In this document: in pieces, positions 1 to 9,989 of the stretch
Numbering within the stretch: position 1 is the stretch's first letter
Layout: every line of letters begins with the position of its first letter
From: Candidatus Hydrothermarchaeota archaeon
GTDB lineage: Archaea > CAYFZR01
Reading direction: 5' to 3'
DNA length: 64,000 nt
Assembly: GCA_046760505.1 (NCBI GenBank)
Contig: JBHIEG010000007.1
Coordinates: forward strand, 17,577-81,576
Notes under the pieces: generated by a model
Databases searched by the model: none
What the model was told of the DNA's origin: nothing
The model's input: only the letters and a program-made list of their open reading frames with translations
Made by a program: the position numbers and the translations under genes

Positions 1-661
1 TGAGATAAGGTATCACGTCCTTTCCCACGTCCCTCACTCTGTCTCCCATCTCGTCGAAGACATCTTTTATCTCAGGCGAAAAGAGATATATAGCCGTATT
101 AACAAGTCTTGATGGTTCCTTGCCTTTTTTAGGTTTTTCGACAAACCTTATAATTCTATTGTCATCAGTAATCTCTGCAACTCCAAATTGAGAGATGGAT
201 TCTTGAGGTTCCAGTATTTTAAGTCCTATTGTGAGTAACGCATTCTTTTTCTTGTGAAACTCGAGCATTTCTCTAATTTCAATATCCACCACATTGTCAC
301 CGCTAACAACCAAAACATCTTCGTCGATATTGAAGTACTCCATGCAAAATCTAATCGCATCTCCACTTCCTTGATCATCGTATCTTGGTTGATATCGAAA
401 TTCTACTTCTTCGTCTAATCCCAATCTACCAGAAAAACCTTTTCCTTCTTTGAAATATTCTTTCAATCTGGTTGTATTGACATCGCCTTTGCTAGCAATG
501 TAAAACTCCCTGCACCCCTGATTTGCGAGACCCTCAAATAATATCGCTAAAATAGATTTGTTGCACATTTCTACAAGAGGTTTGGGCTGGTGAAGCGTTA
601 AAGGAAACAGTCTCGTCCCTCGCCCTCCTACGGTGGCAATTACAGGCGGCATTTCCTTCAT
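1..661 (-). CDS. NDP-sugar synthase / sugar-phosphate nucleotidyltransferase (3' end outside window)
   Basis: Manual minus-strand translation MKEMPPVIATVGGRGTRLFPLTLHQPKPLV...VVSGDNVVD...FGVAE...FVEKP; GxGTRLxPLT and EKP motifs; not in ORF track because it runs off the edge. Confidence 0.88.
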   Translation of the reverse strand, partial: MKEMPPVIATVGGRGTRLFPLTLHQPKPLVEMCNKSILAILFEGLANQGCREFYIASKGDVNTTRLKEYFKEGKGFSGRLGLDEEVEFRYQPRYDDQGSGDAIRFCMEYFNIDEDVLVVSGDNVVDIEIREMLEFHKKKNALLTIGLKILEPQESISQFGVAEITDDNRIIRFVEKPKKGKEPSRLVNTAIYLFSPEIKDVFDEMGDRVRDVGKDVIPYL

Positions 662-723
662 ATCTTTACTATTTTGAGGGTCTTACTTAAACATTACTTG
701 TTACAAAAATTTGCAAAAAAATT

Positions 724-2013
724 TTAAATGCTGTTATTTCCCCTTCCCAGACCCATATATAGGATATCATCTGTTTTTTCCAAAATGCGTCGCGTGTCTA
801 TTAAAATAGGATTGTTCATACTTTTTATGTGTTTTTTTACTTCTTTAAACTCCTCCCAATCCGTGACTATCACACAGCAATCGCTTCCCCTTAGAGAAGA
901 TTTAAGGTCTTCTGCGTACTCTATGGAATCTCCAAATATTTTCTTTGCGTTTTCTATTGCTCTAGGATCATAAACAATTACCCTTGCGCCATTCTTTTTG
1001 AGTTCGTTTATTATAGGAATTGCTGGAGAATTTCTCATGTCATCTGTATTCGGCTTGAAAGAAAGACCTAGTACCGTTATTTTCCTTTCATTAAGTCCAG
1101 ATAGGATATTTTTTACTTTCTCTACAACATAAAGAGGCTGTCTTCTATTTACTTCCAGCACAGATTCTAATAAGATTGGTTCATAACCTGCTTTTTTCGA
1201 CTCACTTATAATTGCGTGAACATCTTTGGGAAAACAGGATCCGCCAAAACCAGGTCCTGCCTTGAGGAAATGGGGTGAGATTCTGTGATCTAAACCTATG
1301 CCCTCTGCTACCTTATCAACGTCAATCTTGAATATCTCGCACATATTGGCAATTTCGTTAATAAACGAGATTTTCGTTGCTAAAAAAGCATTAGATGCGT
1401 ATTTGATCATTTCAGCAGTTCTAAAGTCTGTGTATAATTTGGGACAGTCAAAACTCTCGTATAACTTTGAGATTTCTATTCGAGAGGTATCATCCAGAGA
1501 TCCGATCACAATGCGATCAGGATTGAAGAAATCATATACTGCGTTACCTTCTCTCAAGAACTCAGGATTAACAACTATTCCAAAATCTTCTCCAAATTTC
1601 TTGCCCGAGGCTCTCTCAAGGACTGGTTTTACTATACGATCGGTTGTTCCGGGAATAACTGTGCTTTTTACCACAACGATATGATTTTTCTTTAAAGCCT
1701 TACCTATCTCAAAAGAAGAAGATTCTACATATCTTAAATCGATGCTGCCATCTGCTTTGCTTGGAGTACCTACACAAATGAAAGATATTTCGCTGTTTTC
1801 AATAGCATAGTTGGTATCTGTAGTGAATTCCAATTTTTGCGATGATTTTTCCAGCAAATCACTTAACTCAGGTTCGTAAAAAGGAATTTCTCTCTTCTTT
1901 ATTTTTTCTATTTTCTCCTCATCTATGTCTACGCAGATTACATCGAAGTTCATAGAAGCAAAGCATACAGCAGTAGTTAATCCAACGTAACCAGTTCCTA
2001 TAATTGAAATCAT
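724..2013 (-). CDS. ugd: UDP-glucose/GDP-mannose 6-dehydrogenase
   Basis: GTGYVG Rossmann motif, NPEFLREG, KYASNAFLATKISFIN, GFGGSCFPKD catalytic Cys, FKPNTDDMR. Confidence 0.93.
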   Translation of the reverse strand: MISIIGTGYVGLTTAVCFASMNFDVICVDIDEEKIEKIKKREIPFYEPELSDLLEKSSQKLEFTTDTNYAIENSEISFICVGTPSKADGSIDLRYVESSSFEIGKALKKNHIVVVKSTVIPGTTDRIVKPVLERASGKKFGEDFGIVVNPEFLREGNAVYDFFNPDRIVIGSLDDTSRIEISKLYESFDCPKLYTDFRTAEMIKYASNAFLATKISFINEIANMCEIFKIDVDKVAEGIGLDHRISPHFLKAGPGFGGSCFPKDVHAIISESKKAGYEPILLESVLEVNRRQPLYVVEKVKNILSGLNERKITVLGLSFKPNTDDMRNSPAIPIINELKKNGARVIVYDPRAIENAKKIFGDSIEYAEDLKSSLRGSDCCVIVTDWEEFKEVKKHIKSMNNPILIDTRRILEKTDDILYMGLGRGNNSI

Positions 2014-3146
2014 CGTCTCACCATGTCTAGCTTACTGTACGGGCCGATTACATTTCCTGCTCTAAAATGAAACATCGGACCTATAACGCTGAAATCACCT
2101 ATCACAACTCCAAATTCGTCGTTAGATCCCTTTGCAACAACCTTGGATGCTAACTCAGAACCTTCTCCGACTATACTTCTCTCAAGAAAGACATCATCCG
2201 AAATTATCACGTTGTCTAAAACAATAGAATTTGCAATAACGGAGGAACTAGAAATCTTCGTACCGGGACAGATGTAAGTATAAGGACCTATTGTGCAGTT
2301 TGGACCTATGTCCGTGTTTCTTGATATGTAAGAGGGTCCTATTATGCGAGTACCAGATCTTACTATTGCCCTCTCCTCTATGACTACATTTCCCTCTATG
2401 ATTACGTCTCTATCAAGATCTCCTTTGTTATCAGGGGATATATTACTTAAAAACTTCATGTTGGCTTCAAGCAGATCAAATGGATGACCTGTATCCTTCC
2501 ACCACCTTTCAATAATGTATCCAAGTACTAATTCTCCCCTGTTAACAAGTCCCTGAACTGCGTCCGTAATTTCATATTCTCCTCGCCAAGAAGGCTCTAG
2601 CGTCTCTATAACTTCGAATATCACTGGATCAAAAACGTAGATGCCTGCTACCGCAAGGTTGCTTGGAGGAATTCTTGGCTTCTCAACTAAATGAGTTATT
2701 CGATTCTCTGACATTTTCGCGACTCCGAATTTACTTGGATCTTCCACTTTAGCCAGGCATAAAGTTGCTTGAGCCTCATTTTCTCTATGAAATTTTAATA
2801 GGGGATTTAGTCTGATATCACTTAGTACATCACCAAGATATACCAAAAAATCGTCATCAAGATAATTTTCAGCGCAGGTTAAGGCGTGAGCCAACCCCAA
2901 ACGTCTTTCTTGAGTTACATACTCTATATTGAGATCGAAGCGCGTTCCATCTCCGAAGTAATCTTTGATGTATTCACCTTGATGTCCTATAACCATGATT
3001 ATATCCTTGAAGCCCGAACCATGGAGCTTTGTTATCACATGTTCGAGTATAGGTTTCCCTGCAACTGGAAGCATGTGTTTGGGTCTTGTAAACGTAAATG
3101 GTCTCATCCTAGTGCCTAGACCCGCTGCCAAGATAACCGCTTTCAT
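2010..3146 (-). CDS. sugar-1-phosphate nucleotidyltransferase (glucose-1-phosphate thymidylyltransferase, long form with hexapeptide tail)
   Basis: MKAVILAAGLGTRMRP, EKP, GEYEITDA, WWKDTG, C-terminal left-handed beta-helix repeats; start moved to ATG 3146. Confidence 0.88.
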   Translation of the reverse strand: MKAVILAAGLGTRMRPFTFTRPKHMLPVAGKPILEHVITKLHGSGFKDIIMVIGHQGEYIKDYFGDGTRFDLNIEYVTQERRLGLAHALTCAENYLDDDFLVYLGDVLSDIRLNPLLKFHRENEAQATLCLAKVEDPSKFGVAKMSENRITHLVEKPRIPPSNLAVAGIYVFDPVIFEVIETLEPSWRGEYEITDAVQGLVNRGELVLGYIIERWWKDTGHPFDLLEANMKFLSNISPDNKGDLDRDVIIEGNVVIEERAIVRSGTRIIGPSYISRNTDIGPNCTIGPYTYICPGTKISSSSVIANSIVLDNVIISDDVFLERSIVGEGSELASKVVAKGSNDEFGVVIGDFSVIGPMFHFRAGNVIGPYSKLDMVRR

Positions 3147-4152
3147 GCTTAAACCACTCAATGGTTTTTTTCAACCCCTCCTCCAGCGAGACTTGGGGTT
3201 TCCAATCCAGTAATCTTCTTGCTTTAGATATATCCGGGCATCTTCTTTTAGGATCATCTTCTTGTTTAGGATAGAAGGTTATCTCTGATTTGGATTCCGT
3301 TAGTTTTTTTATCATTTCTGCCAGTTCGATTATTCTCGTTTCTTTGTTGTTCCCTATATTTATTACCTCTCCTTCCAGTCCGTCGAGCAAAGAGAGATAT
3401 AGAAAGCCGAGTATTTGATCTGTTACATAGAGAAAAGATCTAGTTTGGTTACCGTCTCCAAATACGGTTATTGGTTTTTCAGAGAGAGCTTGTTCTATAA
3501 ACCTTGGTACAACTCTACCATAGACATCGCCTGCTCGCATTTTAGGTCCATAGGTATTGAATATTCTTGCGATTCTTACGTCTAATCCATGTTCCCTATG
3601 ATATGCTATCACAAATGATTCTCCACATCTCTTTGCTTCATCATAACATCCTCTAGAGCCTAAAGAATTAACATTCCCATAATAGGATTCAGGAGTAGGG
3701 ATAAATCTCGGATCCGGATCTCCATAAACCTCACTGGTACTTGCGTAAATAAATCTAGAATTGTATTTTTTAGCTATTCCCAAAGTAATCCAGGTACCAA
3801 GAGTATTTGCCTTAAGTATTTGTATAGGATACCTTGAAAACTCTAGTGGAGAGGCACGACTGGCAAGATGCATTACTAGGTCAAATTTTTCATTAAAAAA
3901 GATAGGCTGGGAGATATCATGTTTTATGATTTTAAAGTTTTCTCCTATTAGGTGGTTTACGTTGTCCAATCTTCCGCTTGAAAAATTATCTATGCATGTA
4001 ACATTAGCATTTTGTGAAACGAGGACATCGCAAATCCAAGACCCCAAAAATCCTGCTCCACCCGTTACTAGTACACTTTTATCTTCAAACGATAAATTTC
4101 TTTTCCTCAATTTTTCTAATATGCTACTTACTCCCTCTCTGCATACGTCCAT
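3109..4152 (-). CDS. UDP-glucuronate decarboxylase (UDP-xylose synthase)-like extended SDR
   Basis: GGAGFLGS, HLASRASP, ASTSEVYGDP, CYDEAKR (YxxxK), RIFNTYGP, DDPKRRCPDI. Confidence 0.88.
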   Translation of the reverse strand: MDVCREGVSSILEKLRKRNLSFEDKSVLVTGGAGFLGSWICDVLVSQNANVTCIDNFSSGRLDNVNHLIGENFKIIKHDISQPIFFNEKFDLVMHLASRASPLEFSRYPIQILKANTLGTWITLGIAKKYNSRFIYASTSEVYGDPDPRFIPTPESYYGNVNSLGSRGCYDEAKRCGESFVIAYHREHGLDVRIARIFNTYGPKMRAGDVYGRVVPRFIEQALSEKPITVFGDGNQTRSFLYVTDQILGFLYLSLLDGLEGEVINIGNNKETRIIELAEMIKKLTESKSEITFYPKQEDDPKRRCPDISKARRLLDWKPQVSLEEGLKKTIEWFKHESGYLGSGSRH

Positions 4153-4324
4153 GAAGCCTTCCTACCTAATTCTTTCTTCTCAACTTATTTTTAAATTTTT
4201 GACTATTTATAAAGGCTTGGCTAGAAATGCGCGAGAGCATCTAACACTCCATGCTATCGAAATAATTATATAACATCATGGTTCACCTACCTTTTCCCAC
4301 TATCTCTCTCATCGAGGCAATCGC

Positions 4325-6091
4325 ATGGTAAAACTAACAGACACAATATTCAGGGATGCTCACCAGTCTCTTGCGGCAACAAGAATGAGAACAAGGCACA
4401 TGCTACCGTAGCAGAGAAACTGGATCAGGTTGGATTTTTCTCCCTCGGGGTATGGGGCGGCGCCACATTTGATTCATGTATAAGGTTTCTCAACGAGGAC
4501 CCGTGGGATAGAATTAAGTCTCTCAAAAAAGTTCTTAAGAATACGCCCATGCAGATGTTGCTTAGAGGTCAAAACCTAGTCGGCTACAGACATTATTCTG
4601 ATGATGTGGTTGAGAAGTTTATAGTTAATGCAGCGAAAAATGGAATAGACATATTCCGTATATTTGACGCCCTGAATGATATAAGAAACATGGAATTCTC
4701 CATAAGATTGCAAAGAGGGAGGCCGCACATGTACAGGGTTGTTACTGCTACACCATCAGCCCGGTTCATACTATGGAGAGAACTATTGAATTTTTCAAGG
4801 AATTAGCCTCTCTGGAAGTTGATTCTTTATGTATAAAAGACATGGCAGGACTTATTCGTCCAAAAATTGCTTACGACATGATAAAGAAGTTAAAAAAAGA
4901 AATCAACTTACCTATCGATTTACATTGCCATTGTACAGCGGGTCTAGCCCCAATTAGTTATTATGCTGCTTGTGAGGCAGGAGTGGACATATTAGATACG
5001 GCTATTTCACCATTTGGATGGGGCACTTCCCAACCTCCAAGAGAATCTATAGTCGCTGCCCTACAAGGTACCCCCTATGATACTGGTATAGACCTAGAGT
5101 CGCTTGTTGAAATAGCGAGTGACATCAAAAAGATAAGGGAAAAATACGCGCATCTCATAGTCCCTCTATCAGAGAGAGTTGATACCAGAGTTCTGGTTCA
5201 TCAGATACCGGGAGGCATGTTTTCCAATTTGATTTCTCAGCTGAAAGAGCAGAATACTATGGAAAAATTTGAAGATGTATTAAAAGAATTGCCTAGAACA
5301 AGGAAAGAACTGGGGTATCCTCCTTTAGTTACTCCTGCAAGTCAAATTGTAGGGATTCAAGCCGTTTTAAATGTCGTTTTGGATGAAAGATACAAGATGG
5401 TGCCAAAAGAGGTTAAAGATTACGTAAGAGGGCTATATGGTAAGACTCCCGCTCCGGTCGATGAAAAGATTAAAAAAATAATCATAGGAGATGAAAAACC
5501 TATAACCTCTAGGCCTGCAGATCTTTTAGAGCCGGAGTTGGATAAACTTACAGAGAGGCAAAAGAAAAGGGAATTCTACATAAAGAAGAGGATTTAATAA
5601 CCTACGCTTTGCATTCTCAAGCGGCTGAGAAATTTCTAAGAGGAGAATTAATAGAAGAGCCTCTGGAACCTGTTGAAGAGGTACGAACACCCGAGATTAT
5701 AAGTCCTGAAGCCGGTCCGGTGAGAGAATTCAAGGTTATTATTGACGATAAGCCTTACAAAATAAGGTTACAGGAGTTTGAGGCCGAACCATCTGTAAGA
5801 GAAGAAGTTTTATTGGCGAAGGAGAAGACAGTTAGTCCAGAAATCACGGTTCCAAAGGCTAAAGAAGTATCTCTGCCTGATGGAGAAATAACAAGCCACA
5901 TGCAGGGAACAATAATAAGGATAAATGTTAATGTTGGGGATTTCGTAAATGAAGGCGATGTGCTAGCGGTATTGGAAGCAATGAAGATGGAGAACGATAT
6001 AGTAGCGATAAGGTCAGGAACAGTCAGTAAGATACATGTTTCTGTGAATCAAACCGTAACTAAAGGAACACCCTTATTTCTAATATCGTAG
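4325..6091 (+). pseudogene. pycB: pyruvate carboxylase subunit B / oxaloacetate decarboxylase alpha, disrupted by three frameshifts
   Basis: ATG 4325 gives MVKLTDTIFRDAHQSLAATRMRTRHMLP* (TAG 4409). The protein continues in shifted frames: WGGATFD, MLLRGQNLVGYRHY, CIKDMAG, HCH, HQIPGGM, LVTP, C-terminal biotinyl EAMKM. Single-base deletions at ~4407, ~4704 and ~5554. Confidence 0.88.
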
Positions 6092-6148
6092 TTTATCATG
6101 AAATTACCTTGATTTTTTCCGCAACCTTTTATCCCATCGTAAGTTTCC

Positions 6149-6820
6149 TTATTTTAAGTTCTTTTTTATTTTAAGTTCCTTTATTTTATGGGGTAAATGG
6201 GCGAAATCTTTGAAGTCAATTCCGTAACACAATACGTTAAGACCCGCTTTTTTAGCGCCTTTGCAATCTCTCTTACGATCGTTTCCGACGAATATGCATT
6301 CTTTTGGAGAAACCCCAAGTGAGGAGACCGCCTGTTCAAATATCTTTCTATGGGGTTTGCGCACCTTTACCATATCTGAGGTTATTATTAATTCAAAATA
6401 ATGTGACAGTCCGGTATAATTTAGATCAGACAACACCCATTTTAAGGGGGCATTGGTTATGATCGCGAGTTTATATTTTTTTCTGAGATCTTCGAGTGTG
6501 TTTTCAACGTTGATAACCGGGAAAACGAGTTCGTAATATTTTTTATAAATTTGCAATAGGAGTTCAACATGATTTTCTAGAACTTCATGCCCTAACAGGG
6601 AAAATATTTTTTTTACCGCGCTTTTATCATCATGGAGTTTGCCCAGACTATACTCCAAATAGACTGTATTGCGGGCGTCTTCATATTCTGAATATCTTAC
6701 ATCGTATCCAAGTTCTCTGGCTAGTTTACAAATTGAATTGCCAACTCTAAATGAATCTTTCTCATTCCAAGTTAGAAGCGTGCCGTATAGATCAAAGAGA
6801 ATTGCCTTTATTTCTGTCAT
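6149..6820 (-). CDS. HAD-superfamily hydrolase
   Basis: FDLYGTL motif I, ITN motif II, KPH and FVGND...D motifs III/IV. Confidence 0.88.
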   Translation of the reverse strand: MTEIKAILFDLYGTLLTWNEKDSFRVGNSICKLARELGYDVRYSEYEDARNTVYLEYSLGKLHDDKSAVKKIFSLLGHEVLENHVELLLQIYKKYYELVFPVINVENTLEDLRKKYKLAIITNAPLKWVLSDLNYTGLSHYFELIITSDMVKVRKPHRKIFEQAVSSLGVSPKECIFVGNDRKRDCKGAKKAGLNVLCYGIDFKDFAHLPHKIKELKIKKNLK

Positions 6821-6933
6821 TCTATATCAGCTACCTTGTGAGATACTATTAATTTGTTTCTCAACATTTCACATTCAACGGGAAAAATAAGTATAACTTA
6901 TCGACAAGAAATTAATGTCAGGAGTGACAAATT

Positions 6934-7317
6934 TTGGCTGGTAAAGATGTTTTCCTATTTAGAAGAGGAGAATACAGAAGATACGGGGAGTTTCCTGGAA
7001 TTGTGGTAGATCTGTTGAAACCGGAAGTGGACTGCACAATGGAGCCTGCTATTGCTACATTTGAACCTGAAGCCTCTACTGGAAAGGATCCGTATGTCCA
7101 TCATGGGGATGAGTTCATACTGGTATTAGATGGTGAAATCGAAATAAAAATAGAGGATGAAATATTTACATTGAAAGAAGGGGATGGAATCTACTTTCCT
7201 TCGACAAAACCACATGCGGTTTATAATAAAAGTAACAAAAAGGCAAAATATTTGGCGGTAAATTGCCCCCCATCTCTCGTGATCATGCCCAGAAGATACG
7301 GAATGAACGAGGAATAG
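6934..7317 (+). CDS. stand-alone cupin-domain protein
   Basis: HHGDEFILVLDG...LKEGDGIYFPSTKPH cupin metal motifs; TTG start after GGAGTGA RBS. Confidence 0.82.
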   Translation: MAGKDVFLFRRGEYRRYGEFPGIVVDLLKPEVDCTMEPAIATFEPEASTGKDPYVHHGDEFILVLDGEIEIKIEDEIFTLKEGDGIYFPSTKPHAVYNKSNKKAKYLAVNCPPSLVIMPRRYGMNEE

Positions 7318-7450
7318 TATCAACCTCTGATATGAAAGATGTTGTATTTTTATTTACGATAAAATTTACTATTTCTTTTTAATACTCATCGAAAAATATT
7401 TTAGTAAAGATATTTTTACGTTGATTTGAGTTCTTTTGGAGGTATGATTT

Positions 7451-8890
7451 GTGGAAAAAGAACTGGTAGAGAGGGCTTATGAGGAAATTAAAAAGGTTTT
7501 AGGGGATAAAAAAGTCAGAAAAGATCCTGTGGAGTTGTACTGTTATTCATTTGATGCCTCAATTTATAAGGGTAATCCGGACATTGTGGTAAGGACCTCG
7601 AGCGCATATGAGGTCTCAGAGGTTGTTAAGATCGCTAACAAATACAAGATTCCAGTAGTTCCTAGAGGAGCAGGGACTGGGTTAACTGGAGGTGCATGTG
7701 CATTATACGGTGGAATAGTTTTGGATCTCATGGCCATGAATCGAATTAAAGAGATAAACATAGATAATCAATACGTTGTGGTTGAGCCAGGAATAATTTA
7801 CGACGATTTGAATTTAGAGCTAGCAAGCTATGGTTTTTTCTTTCCTCCTGCTCCGGGCAGCGGAAGCGCCTGCTCGGTAGGAGGCATGGTCGCGAATAAC
7901 GCTAGCGGGATGCGAGCAGTAAAGTATGGCACGACAAGAAATTACGTCTTAAAGTTAGAAGTGGTAATGCCTGACGGAAATATAATCACTACGGGATCTC
8001 TTTCCTCAAAGAGTTCAGCCGGATATTCTCTAAAAGATCTTTTTGTAGGATCCGAAGGAACTCTTGGCGTTATAACAGAGATTACACTAAGAATAAAACC
8101 TCTTCCTAAGCATTCATCAGCACTGATTGTTTCCTTTAATAATGTAAGAGAGGCAGGAAAGGCAGCATCGGAAATTTTGAAGACCGGAATAGTGCCAGCG
8201 GGAATGGAAATCCTGAGCGAGGTGTGCATTGAAGCGGTTAAAAGGGTTAAAAAGATAGAGTTTCCGGAAGGGAAGGCAATTTTATTCATTGAGACAGATG
8301 GAGATGATGTATGCGTCAAAAATGATACTGAAAAGATAATTAAGGTCTGTAAAGAAAACAATGCGTTATTTATCCAGCACTCTGAAGATAAAGCAGAAAT
8401 AAAAAGAATGATGGCTGGCAGGAAGGCTCTAAGTCCCTCTCTATTCAACTATGATCCGCGCTTAAATCCGGTATTTCTAGCAGAAGATATTGGTGTGCCT
8501 ATTTCAAGCATCCCTGATGCCATAGAAGAAATAGAAAAAATAGCATCTGAAGAAGGTTTGGTTATAGCAGTATTTGGACACATAGGTGACGGAAACCTCC
8601 ATCCAAGGATGTTAATAGATGTTAGAGATGAAGAAACTTGGAAGAGGGCCGATAGGGCTGCTAGAGAAATATACAAGATAGCCAAAAAATACGGCGGAAC
8701 GATAGCAGGAGAACACGGTGTTGGAATTACAAGAGCTCAGTTCTTAAAATTGGAACACGGCGAGAGCTTAGAGATTATGAGAAAAATAAAGAGGGCACTG
8801 GATCCCAACAACATAATGAATCCTGGTTTGCTCTTTGATTATAAAGAAACTCAATTAGATCATTTAAGATACAGGGAGACAGTCTTATGA
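7451..8890 (+). CDS. FAD-linked 2-hydroxyacid dehydrogenase, GlcD/Dld family (probable D-lactate dehydrogenase)
   Basis: PRGAGTGLTGG, GGMVANNASG, GSEGTLG, GHIGDGNLH, GEHGVG, LDPNNIMNPG; next to larA. Confidence 0.88.
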   Translation: MEKELVERAYEEIKKVLGDKKVRKDPVELYCYSFDASIYKGNPDIVVRTSSAYEVSEVVKIANKYKIPVVPRGAGTGLTGGACALYGGIVLDLMAMNRIKEINIDNQYVVVEPGIIYDDLNLELASYGFFFPPAPGSGSACSVGGMVANNASGMRAVKYGTTRNYVLKLEVVMPDGNIITTGSLSSKSSAGYSLKDLFVGSEGTLGVITEITLRIKPLPKHSSALIVSFNNVREAGKAASEILKTGIVPAGMEILSEVCIEAVKRVKKIEFPEGKAILFIETDGDDVCVKNDTEKIIKVCKENNALFIQHSEDKAEIKRMMAGRKALSPSLFNYDPRLNPVFLAEDIGVPISSIPDAIEEIEKIASEEGLVIAVFGHIGDGNLHPRMLIDVRDEETWKRADRAAREIYKIAKKYGGTIAGEHGVGITRAQFLKLEHGESLEIMRKIKRALDPNNIMNPGLLFDYKETQLDHLRYRETVL

Positions 8891-9963
8891 TAGATTACAG
8901 AGACAGAATTATAAAATGCGCCCTTTGCGGGGAATGTAATACACAATGCATAGTTTTAAGAGAGATCGGTTGGTTGTCTAGCGGTCCAAAAGGTAAGATT
9001 TTAATGTCCGGACTTGCTTTAGAAGGTAAATTAGAAAAAGACCTTGATAATTTGTATTTGTGTACGACCTGCGCTAAATGCGAACCGGTTTGTAATGTAG
9101 GGTTAGAGATAGTGGATATCATTGAGCATGCTAGGAGAAAACTGGTTGAAGCAGGGATTACAAAATTACCTCACGAAAAAATGGCAAACAATATCTTCAA
9201 CTACGGAAATCCCTATGGAGAAAAAGAAAAGATAAGGTTAGATTCAAAACTTGTGGAAAAAGAAAGCGCTGAGTACGTTTTTTTCCCAGGTTGTACGGCT
9301 AAATACAGAGTAAACGAGATAATGTTATCTTCTATAGATATATTTAATAAAATAGGGTTGGATTATGTGGTGTTTGATGAAAATTACTGTTGTGGAAGTC
9401 CACTATTTAGAACGGGTTTTGCGGGAGGTTTTGAAGAAAGAGCAGGATTACTCGTGGAAAAACTTAATAAAAAAGGAGATAAAGTAATAACTGCATGTCC
9501 TGGGTGTTATAGAACCATGAAAAATGACTACAGTAAAAAATACGATCTAGAATTAGATATTCAGCATATATCTGTTTTTTTAAATGAAAAGTTGGATGGA
9601 ATTGACCTTTCTCTCGAGAAAAATATGACAGCCACATACCATGATCCTTGCCACTTAGGAAGGCATATGAATGTCTACGAAGAGCCGAGAAGTCTATTAA
9701 AAAAAGTTAAAAACCTAGAACTAGTTGAAATGACAAATAATAGAGAAAATGCCCTCTGTTGTGGATCAGGTGGCGGTGTACGCGCCGCATTTGATGAACT
9801 TGCATATCAGATAGGTAAAAAGAGGTTAGAAGAGGCTAAAGAAACCAATGCAGAGTCTATAATCTCATCCTGTCCATTTTGCAAGTTGATGTTCGATACT
9901 CTCAAAGAAAATGGTTTAAATGCTTATGATGTTACTGAAGTCATTGCAAAATCCATGAGATAG
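8887..9963 (+). CDS. HdrD/GlcF-like Fe-S protein (2x[4Fe-4S] + two CCG domains), partner of the dehydrogenase
   Basis: CALCGECNTQC, CTTCAKCEPVC, FPGC, CCGSP, CPGC, YHDPCHLGR, CCGSGGG, CPFC; overlaps upstream stop (ATGA). Confidence 0.88.
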   Translation: MIDYRDRIIKCALCGECNTQCIVLREIGWLSSGPKGKILMSGLALEGKLEKDLDNLYLCTTCAKCEPVCNVGLEIVDIIEHARRKLVEAGITKLPHEKMANNIFNYGNPYGEKEKIRLDSKLVEKESAEYVFFPGCTAKYRVNEIMLSSIDIFNKIGLDYVVFDENYCCGSPLFRTGFAGGFEERAGLLVEKLNKKGDKVITACPGCYRTMKNDYSKKYDLELDIQHISVFLNEKLDGIDLSLEKNMTATYHDPCHLGRHMNVYEEPRSLLKKVKNLELVEMTNNRENALCCGSGGGVRAAFDELAYQIGKKRLEEAKETNAESIISSCPFCKLMFDTLKENGLNAYDVTEVIAKSMR

Positions 9964-9989
9964 TATGATATGAACGTTGTAATTTAGGG

